Source: Lingula anatina | Lineage: Eukaryota; Animalia; Brachiopoda | Assembly: GCA_051362555.1 (NCBI GenBank) | Contig: CM120646.1 | Location: forward strand, 11,532,001-11,596,000 | Direction of reading: 5' to 3' | Length of the DNA: 64,000 nt | Part shown: positions 27,201-40,243 of the stretch, one piece after another | How positions within the stretch are numbered: position 1 is the stretch's first letter | Layout: every line of letters starts with the position of its first letter | Notes under the pieces: model-generated | Told to the model about the DNA's origin: nothing | Databases searched by the model: none | The model's input: only the letters and a program-made list of their open reading frames with translations | Position numbers and translations under genes: made by a program

Positions 27201-30200
27201 TAAAAGAAATGTCTCAAATCGGCCTCCAAAGCTCAGGGTAGCGGGTCCTTAGTTTTGGAATTGAAAGTCGACCACCACCACCACCCTCTCCGCTAATGAG
27301 TTGGTTGTTTAAGAGGCAAAGAGATCTCACAAAACATCAAATAACACCTCTTGGTTTTAGACATTTTAGTGGAGTGAGACTGAAGCTGTTTCGTAAACAA
27401 ACCGGGTTCAAAAATCAACAGACGCGGCGGGAAAGCAAATTAGAATATCTAAAATAGAATTTGAAAAGATGAGGGTGGAGTCATTAGGGAACGCGTTGGT
27501 GGCTCTTAACAAGTCTGACATTTGTTAATGAAAACATACAAAATAATGATGAACACGAGTCTTTTAGAGACAAGAGGTTCTATTTCATGGAGAGAAAAAA
27601 AACAGCACTGAGCAAAAAACAACATATTGTGGTGAAGGAGAGAAAGCCCATGCAGTGATGAAGATATCGAAATTAAGTTACACTTAAGCCAGGAGTACAG
27701 TAAAGGGGAATACTATAAAAACTCTGTACTAAAACACTGTTACCAGGCACAAATGACAAAAAAAAAAAAAAAAAAAAAAAACATGATTATACTGATTTAT
27801 AAGATATATTTTCACTTAAGCCCATGTTCCATAATTCCTCAGATTGCGTAACAGACGCGCTTTTGCTATTTTAGACTCAATTTGTAACAAGTTTTCATCT
27901 TGCTACAGGCATCGGAATCACCTGTCCTTGCACTCTTTATAACTCTAGAAGACAAACTGTTTTCGCTACCTCATCTCCGTCACTGCCACCGGCTGTATGG
28001 TATTTCGCTTCTTGTTTTGCGATGAAACAACATGGTGATTGATTAAGGTGAATCATGGTTTTCGCAGGTGAAGTTAGCAAGCAAAAAAACATAGCCGCAT
28101 GGAATTAAAACGCATTCTACTGACGTGTCACACAGGTGTATATGCAAGCAAGCACCTGTCGACCTGCCTGTATTTGAGAGAAGATTAATAGAACAAGACG
28201 TGCGGTTACAACGGTTTTAACAAAAATGGAAAGAAAAAATAAAAGTAATCCGAGTTCTGATGACGCCTGAATGCAATCCTTATGGAAACTCTCTGTATTC
28301 ATGCTTCACAAATAAATAAATAAATAAATAAACAAAAATACATCCTCTAAGCTACAATGTCTGCATCCTAATTATTTCAGACTGCATTTTACATTCTGTT
28401 CCCCTCAAGCCAAGAAACACGTTCCAAGATTTCCAATAAACTGAATAACCATACCATACTGCGGGCATCTTTTCCTTTATAACAGAGATAAACAGTAACG
28501 GATAGTCATTATTTTTCTTCACTGGTTTGGAAGTTCACCAGAATGTGACCTTACGTGTTTAGTTTTATAATCAGCCACTCATACTAAACAGTATTGAAAT
28601 CGCATTATTCAGCATTATGCGATATAATTAATATTTAACAGATGTTTTGTTAACAAAATCCATACACAGTAATACTATACAGCACCCAATTTCTGCCTGC
28701 ATGGGCGTACCTAACAAGCGTCCTTACGGGATGTTGTTTGTTTAACTACTTGTGCGTATATTGGTGTCACACTGTTTGTTTGACCGCGCGCGCGCGCGCG
28801 TGTGTGTGTGAATGAGCAGGCGCATGCGTTTACCTGTGCCTGCGCATGTGTGTGTATGTTTGTGTGTGTGTGTGTTTGAGAGAGAGAGAATGAGAGAATG
28901 AGAGACTAAGAGGTGGGCGAGGTGATAAAGGTAGGTAATACATGTACATATCTGCAATCACAGCATGTTGTTATGCATGCTATGTTACCTGATATCTTGA
29001 ACATGTTGATCATTTCTACATATCTCAAGGGACTGTTGCCATTAAAAATTATCCCATTTCGTTCCATCTAAATGCAGTCGGTTTTGTATTACAATTTTCA
29101 AAACGTATGAAAAAAGAGCGTCCTCAAAATAAAGACTGGAGCAGAAGCTATCTCGGTTTTTTCTCTGTTGAAAAGTCAGCTGCTGCGTACTTTGAGAACT
29201 ATGTCCCCCATTTCTCCAAACAAATTCTTGTCTTCAGGTCTGTATCTCACTAGATAAAGTCGATGTGGACTGCGATTCTCCGTGAGAAAATCGTTATGCC
29301 TTACAATCAAGGGAGGTACAACAAAACAAAGGGATATTCTTCTTGGCGTCGTGAACCTTCCCAAAGCCAGCTTGTTTACGTTGGTACATGTATATATCAT
29401 ATAATAACTCCTTGTAAATATTTCCATAAAAACAATTTATTTATTTTATAGAAATGTTTGAAGGAGAACCTTATCATCACCACCCTACGACTCTTCGTCT
29501 GCAATGAGTGTAGTAAGTAGAAGAAAGCATCTGTTGTTTCTACCCGGTCGACCTACAGGTTTTAAAATGGCTTACGTCATTATAAATCATCCCGTGACAT
29601 TTCCACCCTGAATTCAAATGATAAGAAGCGCCGAAACTTGGAAAATGGTGTTTACATCGTGACAAAGTTGAAGAGGTCTTAGAAATAGCTTCCGTCCAAT
29701 AACCTGTAACAGAAGAGCCAGTGTCGCATGCTTCTGCATGGGATAACGCACTCAACTTGCCTCAAGCCATTTGATCTGAACTGGAACAAGAACAAGTGCG
29801 CTCATGGCGCAACTGAGTTTCAGGTTTCATAATGCACGAACTCTTCCTTGTCTCTAGGCTGGGTGTTCAACTTCAAAGCTTAGAGAATGAAGATGTGTGT
29901 GTAATTACATGCCCTGCCAAATATCGGTGTACCGGTAACCTTTTTATCAGACAGATCAATTTTACAAACTAAAGCTTTACCTCTTACGAACAATTTCTAC
30001 ACCGACTCGTGTAAGATGTTTGGTTGTGTTGGTGGTTTAATGGTTATGTTTCGTATTTGGTATCCATTGGGATTTTACTAGTTTTAGGGGGAAGCTAGGC
30101 CAATAGTGACATTTGAAATTGCCCCTTCGATGCCTCTTTTATTCTGCCCTTGCGTTTGCAAATCAGACAATTAATCACTGCTTGTCAATTGGTATGCAAT

Positions 30201-33200
30201 TATTTATTTTTTATCTTATTCTTCACGAAATCCTATATTGTAGATTAAAACAGCATACAAATAGTCTTAACGACCAGTTCTTATACCCTGACCTTCCTCG
30301 GTTTTACGTAGGCAGTCTGTTATCATTATGTATATATTAGGCAGACACTGTACATAACTTGTGTCGTGAAACCCAGGGTGAGAAAAGTAAATAACATATT
30401 TACAACCAGCAATCTACCTTAAACCCTTTATACCTGCACTTGTATAATGTATCCAAATCTTTATGTTAAAAGACCTCCATTGAAACTCACCGGGAAACTC
30501 AGGCTACTCGAGGGAACACAATCTACATAATCGTTAACAATTGGCCCGTGCACACGATAATCTCAAAACTCTCAAACAAAGCTGCCGAAAACGAATAACC
30601 AATACTCTGCCCGTACCTGCCAGCTACAGCAGGCTACCATACCAATCACCAACTGTTCGTTTACACTATTTTCTTAACATTAAGTCTCCCCGGGGGATAA
30701 GTAGATGTGTTAAGCCTCAGTGGGTATGACACCCTTAAGAATTTGGCTACCTGCACGTCGAGTAAAAGTACACTAATTTCAGTCCCGTGAGTTGAATGTT
30801 AAAACAGGCTGAGCGATGATGTTCAACCACCTTCACTTGCCGCACTCAAAACTAATTAACTCCACAGCTGAGGCGTTTTGACTTTTCCACAGATGGGCTT
30901 TCGTTTATGGCATCGTCTTTATCGGCTGTCTTCGCATGTACATGCCTTCTACATGTATGTACAACTGTATCATGTTCCTCAGTTTTCGATTTCGAAATAA
31001 AGCGGCGTTTTTATAGAAAAAATAGGAAGTTAATGGGGCACTTTATGCTTGTTCGGATTACAATTACAGGTTCTCTACTCTTTTCTAAACATTTACAAGT
31101 TACATGTACTAGCAAACTATAATGATACGATCATAGGCAGGGGGGTACGTGACCCTTAAGAATAATAATAATAATAAATAAAATAACAAAAACATAAACA
31201 TAAACAAAAAACAGCTTATTTCTCTCAAAACCAAACAGCTTATTTATCTCTACTGAATGAGGCTTCACTAAATCTGAAGTAAGTACACATTATATTAAAA
31301 TAGAACCACTATAAACTCCGAATGAAAAATATTGATTTCAATCACTCTTATGTAATCTTTTTTTAATCCCACCCCTAGTCTTTGCTTTCGTCGCTTTAGC
31401 CTGGCGTTACAAACTATTACGTAGCATATTACAGAATATTACATAGCCCTAGATGGAGAAGAAAGGGTCTGCTTACTTAAAATTATAAATTATAATAGGT
31501 TTATTGAGCACTTAATGCCTGCTGTTATATTCACAGGTTCTCCATGCTCCAAAGTTTTCGGAATATTTAGTTTATTTAAGTAATTCGTGATTTCATACAA
31601 ATATTAGGCAAAAACAGTTTCTGACTTCACAGATGAGAAGTACAAGTGATATGTGATTACACCTGGTAACGGGGCCTGGCACTCAATATCCCGTGTGTGG
31701 GCAAGGAGTATTTATGTGAACCTCAAGTATGAAGAATCGGCCTTCACAAGATAACAACATTTTTTCTCGGAAACACCTTTCTCCCTGTACCTAAGGACGA
31801 TCATTTTACCTGGATGTTCATTTTACCTGGATGTTCATCAAATCTATCCCCTTTTTTCCTCCCATACTTTCCATTAAGTTGCGAGTGATATTCTTCTGGA
31901 AGATAGTTTAGATGGAACTGATTTTGTTATGATCACAACGATTTCATATTTTTGCACTGAGCAGTGAGGTGCGAAGTATATTTTTGCAAAACATCTTAGG
32001 GCGGTATTCGACATTTCAAGACGCAGGTTAAGAAACCCATTCGTGCATTTTACAGTGATTTTACTCTGCAGCTCTACCCCACAATTTGGGATATGATGCA
32101 AGAGTGTGTTTCAAGCCCGTAGGCTCGAACTTTGTGACATCTTGCCACGCCTTTTGACACTTAAATGACATGCTTTCCCTTCACCACCAGTAAACGCTCC
32201 CTTGCGAACTATCCCTCGGGGTTATACGCATCTCTCTCTCTCCCCTCTCTCTAGGCCTATATTTCATAACATCTTAACTTCTCTCAATGGTACTCTCTCG
32301 AGCCAATTGCTTTCCCACCTTCCATCCATCCATCCATCCATCCATCCACCCCTCTTCCATCCAACCCCGCCCCCTATTATTGCTCGTGAAGCCTATTCCA
32401 GTGATCACTGTTTCAGCAAGCGGAGAAACCCATTCGACCATTTCCAGCTTTTCGTTTTACGTGCCTACGCTGTATTTACTAGATTATCGTTACAATCAGC
32501 GTGATTCAACAGAAAAAGGACAGCAAATTACACCCTCTGTTTGAATAAAGAGATAGGCAAGCGACTGGGGTAACAACCAAGGGAAGCGTTAAATGAGGGC
32601 ACTGTGGCTTGTGTTGAGTTAGCGTCCCAGCATTCCAGGCCGTTGAGATAAGATAAGTTCTCTTGTGTTGATGTCAAGCGGAGGATACACCTGTACAATC
32701 ACACAGAAGACCCACAGTGACACCTGAGTGACAATGAAATGCCCAGCCACAGTTTTAATTCACTCTTTTACACCCTGTGACGCACCCAAATATGTTGCAG
32801 ACGCAGAAGTCGCACCTACCGGTATTCTCAACCATAGTGCGCATACTAGACGAGAAGCGCAAGAAAACAAAAGCGTGAAAGACTGTACATGGTGCATGTG
32901 ACAATGAATGTTTATAATAAAATTTTCAATATACTGAGTAGAAGAGTACCACGGACCACTGTGATATTCAGGGCTGTATTGTAACTAGATAGCGGGACTG
33001 TCTATAGGGTGGAGAGTTCTCAAAAAAATAATAATAAATAAAAATAAAATAAATTAATTAATTAATTAATTAATTAATTAATTAATTAAATAACCACCCT
33101 GTAGTTTCAGTACATATTACAGACACGTTTTCTGTATCAGCCTAAGCTTACAGTATCAGCGTGATGCGGGTTAATCATAAAGATAATTTAAAACTATGAA

Positions 33201-33619
33201 ATAGCATACGGCACTCAGGGTACTAAAACGAATCTTAATCACCGACAGTTTGGTAAATTCGAATACATAATACGAGGATCAGGTTAAGAGTTTATGTATC
33301 GTAATAGATGTAATAGATTCAGTCTCTCTAATAGTTCTAGAGTAGTGTCATCCCTCCTACTGGTGTATAGATCATGGTGTATATTATGCCACTCGATGTC
33401 AAATGCCGTTTGAACCGTTCTCGTGATGTGTCGGCCTGGTTTAAATGGGTTGTATGATGCAAGCGTCTATTTGAATTTATCTCAATGGCACGGCGAGAGT
33501 AAACTCCTATAATGTACGCTATTGTTAGGTTATATTGAATATAAACATCTATTGCATAATATTATATGAACCGTCTTACCTGGAAGACAGAAGACAAGAA
33601 ATATCCACTCCCTCCACAT
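19901..33619 (-). CDS. IgSF-3: type I membrane protein with leader, V-type Ig, C2-type Ig, TM and cytoplasmic tail (about 384 aa), convergent with IgSF-2
   Basis: Minus-strand exons: candidate leader 33619-33580 (MWREWIFLVFCLP, donor GTAAGA), 22208-21807 (AWCNF...SVEWFK...DEGNYTCQV), 21406-21083 (LTCISVGGRPPAKLRW...TYAC), 20712-20479 (TM LAIVVAILIVISFFIVVGVMVY then RKR), 20250-20131, 19935-19901 (ALYDDREEELL-stop). All introns are GT-AG phase 1; 1155 nt, open. The core 19901-22208 is solid; the remote leader is less certain. Confidence 0.82.
24232..24276. repeat. (GA)n microsatellite
   Basis: Directly visible. Confidence 0.95.
28786..28900. repeat. Compound (CG)n/(TG)n/(GA)n microsatellite
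   Basis: CGCGCGCGCGCGCG followed by TG and GA runs; the alternating purine-pyrimidine part is directly visible. Confidence 0.9.
33052..33088. repeat. (ATTA)n microsatellite
   Basis: Directly visible. Confidence 0.93.
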
Positions 33620-36600
33620 GGTTTCTACATATTCCATCCCTGGCATTAACTTTATGTTGAAATCCGTGTCAACTTTTTCTCATTCTGTTGTTAACCGGAA
33701 TGCGAAAGTGGCCTCATGTCTTTTTTTGTATTACACATATCCTGTAATCATTTAAATTCGTGAGTACACGCTAATAAAATACTTCGAAGCAGTCGTTTAA
33801 ATATAAGTTCCGTCTTAATTTTGAGGTAATAGAAGAACCTGTTATCTTTATTAAGTTGGTTACTTTATGAGCTCCTCGCAGCCTTCACAGCGTTGATGTC
33901 ACGAAATCCCCATGTCCTGGTTTTAAATCGCTATCTGAGTTGAAGAGTACATTGGTCGGAGGTCTAGCTGGTCTCTTCAAACTTTTCTCTAGGCCTGACC
34001 ACCGATAAAGAAACACACTCAGAGTAAAATAAACCTGTGGCGGTTCAATAAAAACTCCGATCACGTGGAGGTGAACGTTGTATCACATTAATTGACTATT
34101 GTTTGAACTTTGATCCGGTATATTATCCAATCTATTTCAAATTCCTCCTGGTGTGCGGTGCCAGTGACAATCTAATATAAATGGCAGAGTCACTGTGCTA
34201 TCGTGTCCCGTTCTCTGTGTCGAATATTTACCTTTAACTATTTCAACTAACCACGCTATACAGGAGATAGACGCTAATAATTCAAATAGATTCACTGGCC
34301 TTGTGGGACTCGCGAAGGGGGTGCCCGCCAAGCGGAAAAAGGTCGATAAGCGCGTCCGTTGTATTGTTGTTTCACTGAGCATTTGAGTTAATTTTCAGAG
34401 ACACTAAAGAATGCGTCGATGAATCTTCCAGAAAAGATTGATCAAATACTTTTGCGCTTGCTTTAAATAATACGATATTAATAATTAAATTAACACTCTA
34501 ATAGGTTAAGGGAAAGCTTTTGGGGTCACCTGTAATACTAAATAAACGAATACATGCACGTGTTCCTTCAAACGCCCCAAAACTACCCACGTGCACATTT
34601 CACGATATTTTATAATATCATTCTACACAACGGGGACAGGGTATGATAACACTAATGGTATATTCAATTACGATATAAAAAGAAAACCTCCTCCACCACA
34701 TGAGGCACGTAGTTTAACTCTGAAGTGGAAAATGGTGAGAGCTATGGGTTAATAGATGGCGAGTTTCACCGCTCTCGGTCTGCGTACTCGTCTAAGGGAC
34801 AGTCTTGACTGTGGCCCCCTATAGACAACCTCATTATGACGTATCTTTCGTGACTGCTGGTGTTTTAAATGCTTGGTGGTGTAACCATCCCCTGCCATGA
34901 TTTATATAGGCAGTCTTGTGTTATATGTAAGCCTATTGGTAAATGTGGGGCAGTGATAAAAGTTACCGCTTGTACGTAGATATTTGTATGTTTTTAACCC
35001 CGAATTTACGCAGTAAAGCTGGTGCATTGTAACGTGGAAACACGCGTAGTGCAAGCAGTTTTAATACAAATGTCAAAATGTAGATACATGTATACAATGC
35101 AATCGGATCAATAGATTAACACGCCTTCTCCTGGTGTCGAGTAGAAAACAGAAAAACTTGTGACTTTACGAGTACCGTACATTGGAAATAAAAGGAGGCG
35201 TGTCAGTCTGTTAATCTGATTACATTCAGCAAGAGTACCAGTAGATAGATAGATTCATTGTGAACAAGCCCTTAGTAATCTCTACATGCGAAAATACAAA
35301 TATCATAATGTAAATATGGCACTTGTTGCAGAAATGTACATGTGGGGAAAATAAATAGAAAGAAAAAAGCATGCGAAGGTTCAGATGTAATGACTTTCCA
35401 ATTTTATCATATAATTTTTGTATGACTGCATTTAACAAGCAATTGAAAAACTAAAGCCATTCTCCTAGTATATATGTAAAATAAAAATAATTTAAATACA
35501 CATTTACTTATAGGGGCAAGACCCTATAAAATTAATTGCTGTTCTTATACAGGTATAACGCTAATGTTATATCACGTCATTTAGATTTACAGAATATAAC
35601 GTGCGATTTTCTGAAAAAACGAAATGAAATAATTTTCCGGGAATCATAAACACTAAGACCCAGTTCTATTATTAATACTAAATCGCTAAGGTCCGTAGCC
35701 TGATACCTATATCTAAAAGAAGTAAATGAGACTTCTCCTTCCCTACGCTTAAAGGTACTGGAGGCGAATTCTTAATGTTAAAAGAAAGCGAGTTCAGAAT
35801 TGATAAACTCCACATGATATAAATAAACATAGAATTTAATCTTTTTCGCTGTTGTTAACTGACGGTTATGACAGTTTTTAATAGCGAGGCATTAAAAAAA
35901 GATAGACGTCAGAAAAATGGAATATGAGATATTCTACATGTATAAGGTTCAAGTTTTGCAGCTGACACCTGGTACAAAAGCGACAAAATAATCACCCCTA
36001 CTGTTTCTTTATCCATTAGAGTTAACATGTTTGTCCAATAAAAACATATCAATTCGCCCTCATTAGAATTAACTGAGATATTCCACTTTTGGCACTCAAA
36101 GTAACCCACTCTAGTTATCGGTCGATGGTCTTTTGTACTACGTGTACAAGTCTGTAATTTGTTTGTGTGTGATGTTTTGTCAGCTAATTGCGGCACATTG
36201 ACAAATTTAATGGATACACTCCCGAACACAGACAGCAGTATTTCATTTCTGTGGCTTCCGAGCCGGAATTCATTGACCGCCATTGAATTCTTGGTTCCCT
36301 TAGAGTCAGCAGGCCCTTTTGTCGGAAAGAACAGCGAATCAATTTCCAAGCTTTGGGCTGTAACCTTGGGAATATTAGATGTCTGGCCACAAACTCGACC
36401 TGTTTGTGCACCGTTATTATAGAGCGATTAATTTAGTTTTCTGGGTACGGCACCTATTTTGTGTTTTTGCGATTTCCACCTGGGTACATTTCGATTGGTT
36501 TGAATATAACATTAGGTCTCCTCTTGTGTTTGGTGAAATGTTTGTAATATTTAGATGTCACCAACTATGATTCGCTGACATTCAACCCAGGTGTAGGGAA

Positions 36601-36711
36601 TACACTCCCCATAACATACTTTGACAAATAAAGTTCATGGTCCAAAAAGTTTCGTACCCTCTCGGTGGCGCTTAGTACGGAGATTTAATGCATTAATTGA
36701 TATAATACCTA

Positions 36712-36712
<1 letters not shown>

Positions 36713-36768
<56 letters not shown>
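36713..36768. repeat. (ATT)n microsatellite
   Basis: Directly visible. Confidence 0.95.
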
Positions 36769-38005
36769 CGAAGATAACAGAAAGTTGTCTTTTTTAGAAT
36801 TATTGACTTTCAAATGGCAAAGTGCTCTTTATTTACATATATAGTATCGATACTTTCCGATTACCATCACCATCCCAATGCAGATTCATTCAAAATAATA
36901 GAAGTCCACACCTGGTTGAATGGACAGACATGTCGTGTTTTAATTTCAGACAGCCGAACATACGTAAGTTGTTCTCTTTGTCCATTATAGCATCAGTACG
37001 TGCTGACGTAAGAGTATATGTTCTACTTCTATTTGAAATGGCCTATAGCCACGTTGTGCTTATCCATTAGTGGACTAAATTTTGGGCAAAATATGCCTAA
37101 TACATCTTTTAACCATAACGTTGGTGAGCTTTTTTATACGTGTACCACTAGCCTTCCTTGTGGACATGTTTTTCAACTAGGTCTTGTCAATGACAATGAA
37201 CTATGATTTTACGTTGTCAGTTTTGTCATTCAGTTTTGGATACGATAAACCCTTTCATAAACCCTTTGATGAGAAAGGGGAAATCATTGAAATTTCCAGA
37301 AAAATGATTTTGATGAATCTTGTGAGCACAAGCAGGTCTGGACGATTGCGCCCGTCTGCTTCTCTAGCACAATTTTTAAAAAAATCCTCGAAAATAGATA
37401 ACTGAGCGACATTTCTGTAAACAAATATGCTGTTATATTATCTATGCACCATATGTGGAACGGCAACCCTGTGCAAACATTACAGAACGTTTTGTTTCCA
37501 CGTTTGTTTCCAGGTGCGTCCTCAAATCCAGATCATACTGTTCAAAATACTAAAATATGGCTTTGATTTTCTTACTATGGTCAGCTTATTGATGGGTTGT
37601 ACAATCAATACATTGTTGTGAAAATAATCCCTATAGAAGCTGAATGAAGAGCATTTGTTTATGACATGATTTCTGTCCCACTGTACACATTGCGTTAGGA
37701 GTGACACTTTTTTCGGTAGGGGAGTATAAATATATTTCACAAGAAGAACAAAAGTTCACTAATTTGTGAAAACGTGGGCTATTGAGACATGTCACAGGTT
37801 GATTGGCTAAAGTGATGATAGTTTGAGGACTGTAACATGGTATAAATGAACGCCTGTAAGCCCCCCCCCCCCCCCTGTGTTTTCATGCTCACGTGCTGTG
37901 CTACAATTGAGGTAAAACAGTCGGCTTGATTTACCTTATCTTAGCACAGCGTTCTTGGTTATGATGTGGTGTTTTTTTCATTACTCTCAGTGTTTAACAC
38001 GTGCG

Positions 38006-38050
38006 TGTGTGTGTGTGTGTTTGTGTTTGTGTGTGTGTGTGTGTGTGTGT
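38006..38050. repeat. (TG)n microsatellite
   Basis: Directly visible upstream of GT92 copy 1. Confidence 0.93.
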
Positions 38051-38379
38051 TTGCGCAACTTGAGATTCATACTTTTAGAATTCACCAATGTCCTGCAATA
38101 AAATAGAGCATAGTTACGGAATCAGCTATTTCTGATTAGTCATGAGGGATGCCCCTCACATGAACGAAGCTTTTCAGTAAAATATTTAAATCATACTGGT
38201 AGCGCATAGCAAATCGCTTTATATATCTTATTATGTAAGAAATCACCTTAAAAAACTTCTTATGTGTCGTCAGATATATACATTTTACGTATATGCTGGA
38301 GGCTGAAAAGAAGATTCCAGGGCAGAAATTGGGTTAAGGAATCCACTAATACATGAGTGAGCCATCATTGTGAGAAAAG

Positions 38380-40243
38380 ATGCCGTATTCATACAAGATA
38401 CCCAAAAAATTGATGTTTTTGATCTCATTATGTGCACTTTCTCTTGTTCCTGCTTTGATATGGTCTGCAATGCAGTCAAAACCAGGCGGGTTTAGATACG
38501 TGGCAGTAAGTGAAAAAACGGAATCAAACATGAATATCGGGTCTCATCAGCATGAAGACAGTAATAGAACAGTACCAGGAAGAGATGGGAGCACCAAAGC
38601 AAATGGATCATATAAAAGCGAAGAGTTTTCATTTTCAAATTTTTCAACAACCAAGTTCTCTAATTTTGGGAACACCAAATCAAATGGATCATACAAAAGT
38701 GAAGAGATTTCGTTTTCAAAGTTTTCAACAACCAACTGCTCCAATTTACCCGCGGTGTCTCCAGATATACCGCTTACCCAGCAGTGGATGCCTGTCATTC
38801 TTCCTTCAAACGATTCGCTGGATTATGTGTTCTCAGCATACCTCTACACCGGATATAACAAAAGACAGGTGGTAGTTACATCCATGACTTCTGAATACCA
38901 CGTTCCATTTGTTTGTCAGATTTGGGCCCGGCCTAAAAGTTCAGAAGGCAAAGTAACTCACCGGATTACACACTGTTCGGGAAAAGCAATCATGTCTCCT
39001 GGGTTGTGAGTACATCTTACAATACTATATGATAACCTCAAAGCAAGCGAATCAAGATTATGTTGATAGAAGTAATAGATTACAAACAGACAAATGTTGA
39101 AAACATAAACAGTGGCAGTGTTGTTCACAAGAGTAATTTTTTTATCATTTGATCTCCCCCCCCCCCCCCCAATCAACATCATAGTTGACCGAATACTATA
39201 TTTTAGTGATGGGTATGGTGCATGATTGAGTTAGTACATGTATATGCATATACTGGTTTCATGTTTATCATCGCTTTTTCAAATCAAACTATATCTTTTA
39301 CAGTTTCAAAGCCACTCTCCTTTATTGTCCCATCAAGACTGACGAAGAGCCGTTTGCAGTTTCAATTGTACAAGCCAAAGACCCATGTTCAGCCCCACAC
39401 AATGTTTTAAGAATCCAGGATGCTAGTTTTCCAGACGACCAGAACATAACTGTTGCCGTATGCGTTAAGCCTCTTTACGGCAGTTATGGTGGGTTTAATA
39501 AGACTGCAAGTTTGGTTGAATTTATTGAAGTTTACACAATGCTTGGTGCCAGCTTTTTCACTATGTATGCTTTTGATCTAAATTATAAAATAACTTTTCC
39601 TATTTTAAACTATTATAAGCAAGAAAAACGACTGTCCATTATACCGTGGCACGCACCGCCAAACATGAGAACGAAACTGAAGTCATATTCCGAATATATA
39701 AAAAGCTGGGTCCAAGATGTTGGGCAAGCCATAGCCCAAACTGACTGTCTTTACAGAAGTATGGGGAAGTACACTCACATAGCCATGGTTGACATTGATG
39801 AATTTCTTATTCCTAGATCAAACATGACTTTCCAAAAACTATTCAGTGTGTTACCAAAACATCAAGGAGTCTATAAATTTAAGAACAGGTTTTTTCAATT
39901 TGATAAACCCGACAGTCTTGCCGCTGCTTTCAAAGATTCAAGGATTCGAAAATACCGACCAAAAACTATTATAGCTACTCGTGGAATGCAAGCTATAAAT
40001 AGAAGACCAAAGTATGTTGCTCTTGCAAAGGGTGCATGGGGTGCTTTGACACACCACGCAAAATTAAACGATGGTTACAATGATTATGTGATACCAGTGG
40101 AACTAGGGGCTATGCACCATTATCTAGACTATTTTAAGCAACGTGCTGGGGGTTATGATCGATATATGCTATCATATAAAGAGAAAATACTGCAAAGGAT
40201 GGAATATGTATTCAATAGAACAAAGGCGCAGGTAGTAAATTGA
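38380..40243 (+). CDS. Glycosyltransferase family 92 (DUF23, GALT-1-like beta-1,4-galactosyltransferase), copy 1, about 521 aa
   Basis: Exons 38380-39005 (donor GTGAGT, phase 2) and 39304-40243. Type II membrane topology (short basic N-terminus, TM LMFLISLCALSLVPALIW, stem). GT92-type motifs: YVFSAY, VAVCVKPLYG, LVEFIEVYTMLGA, GQAIAQTDCLYR, DxD in VDIDEF, RPKY, HHY. Confidence 0.92.

Noticed and set aside
35909-36570. Overlapping ORFs of 63-146 aa on both strands
   Set aside because: No recognisable domain or consistent splice structure; cannot be supported as a gene.
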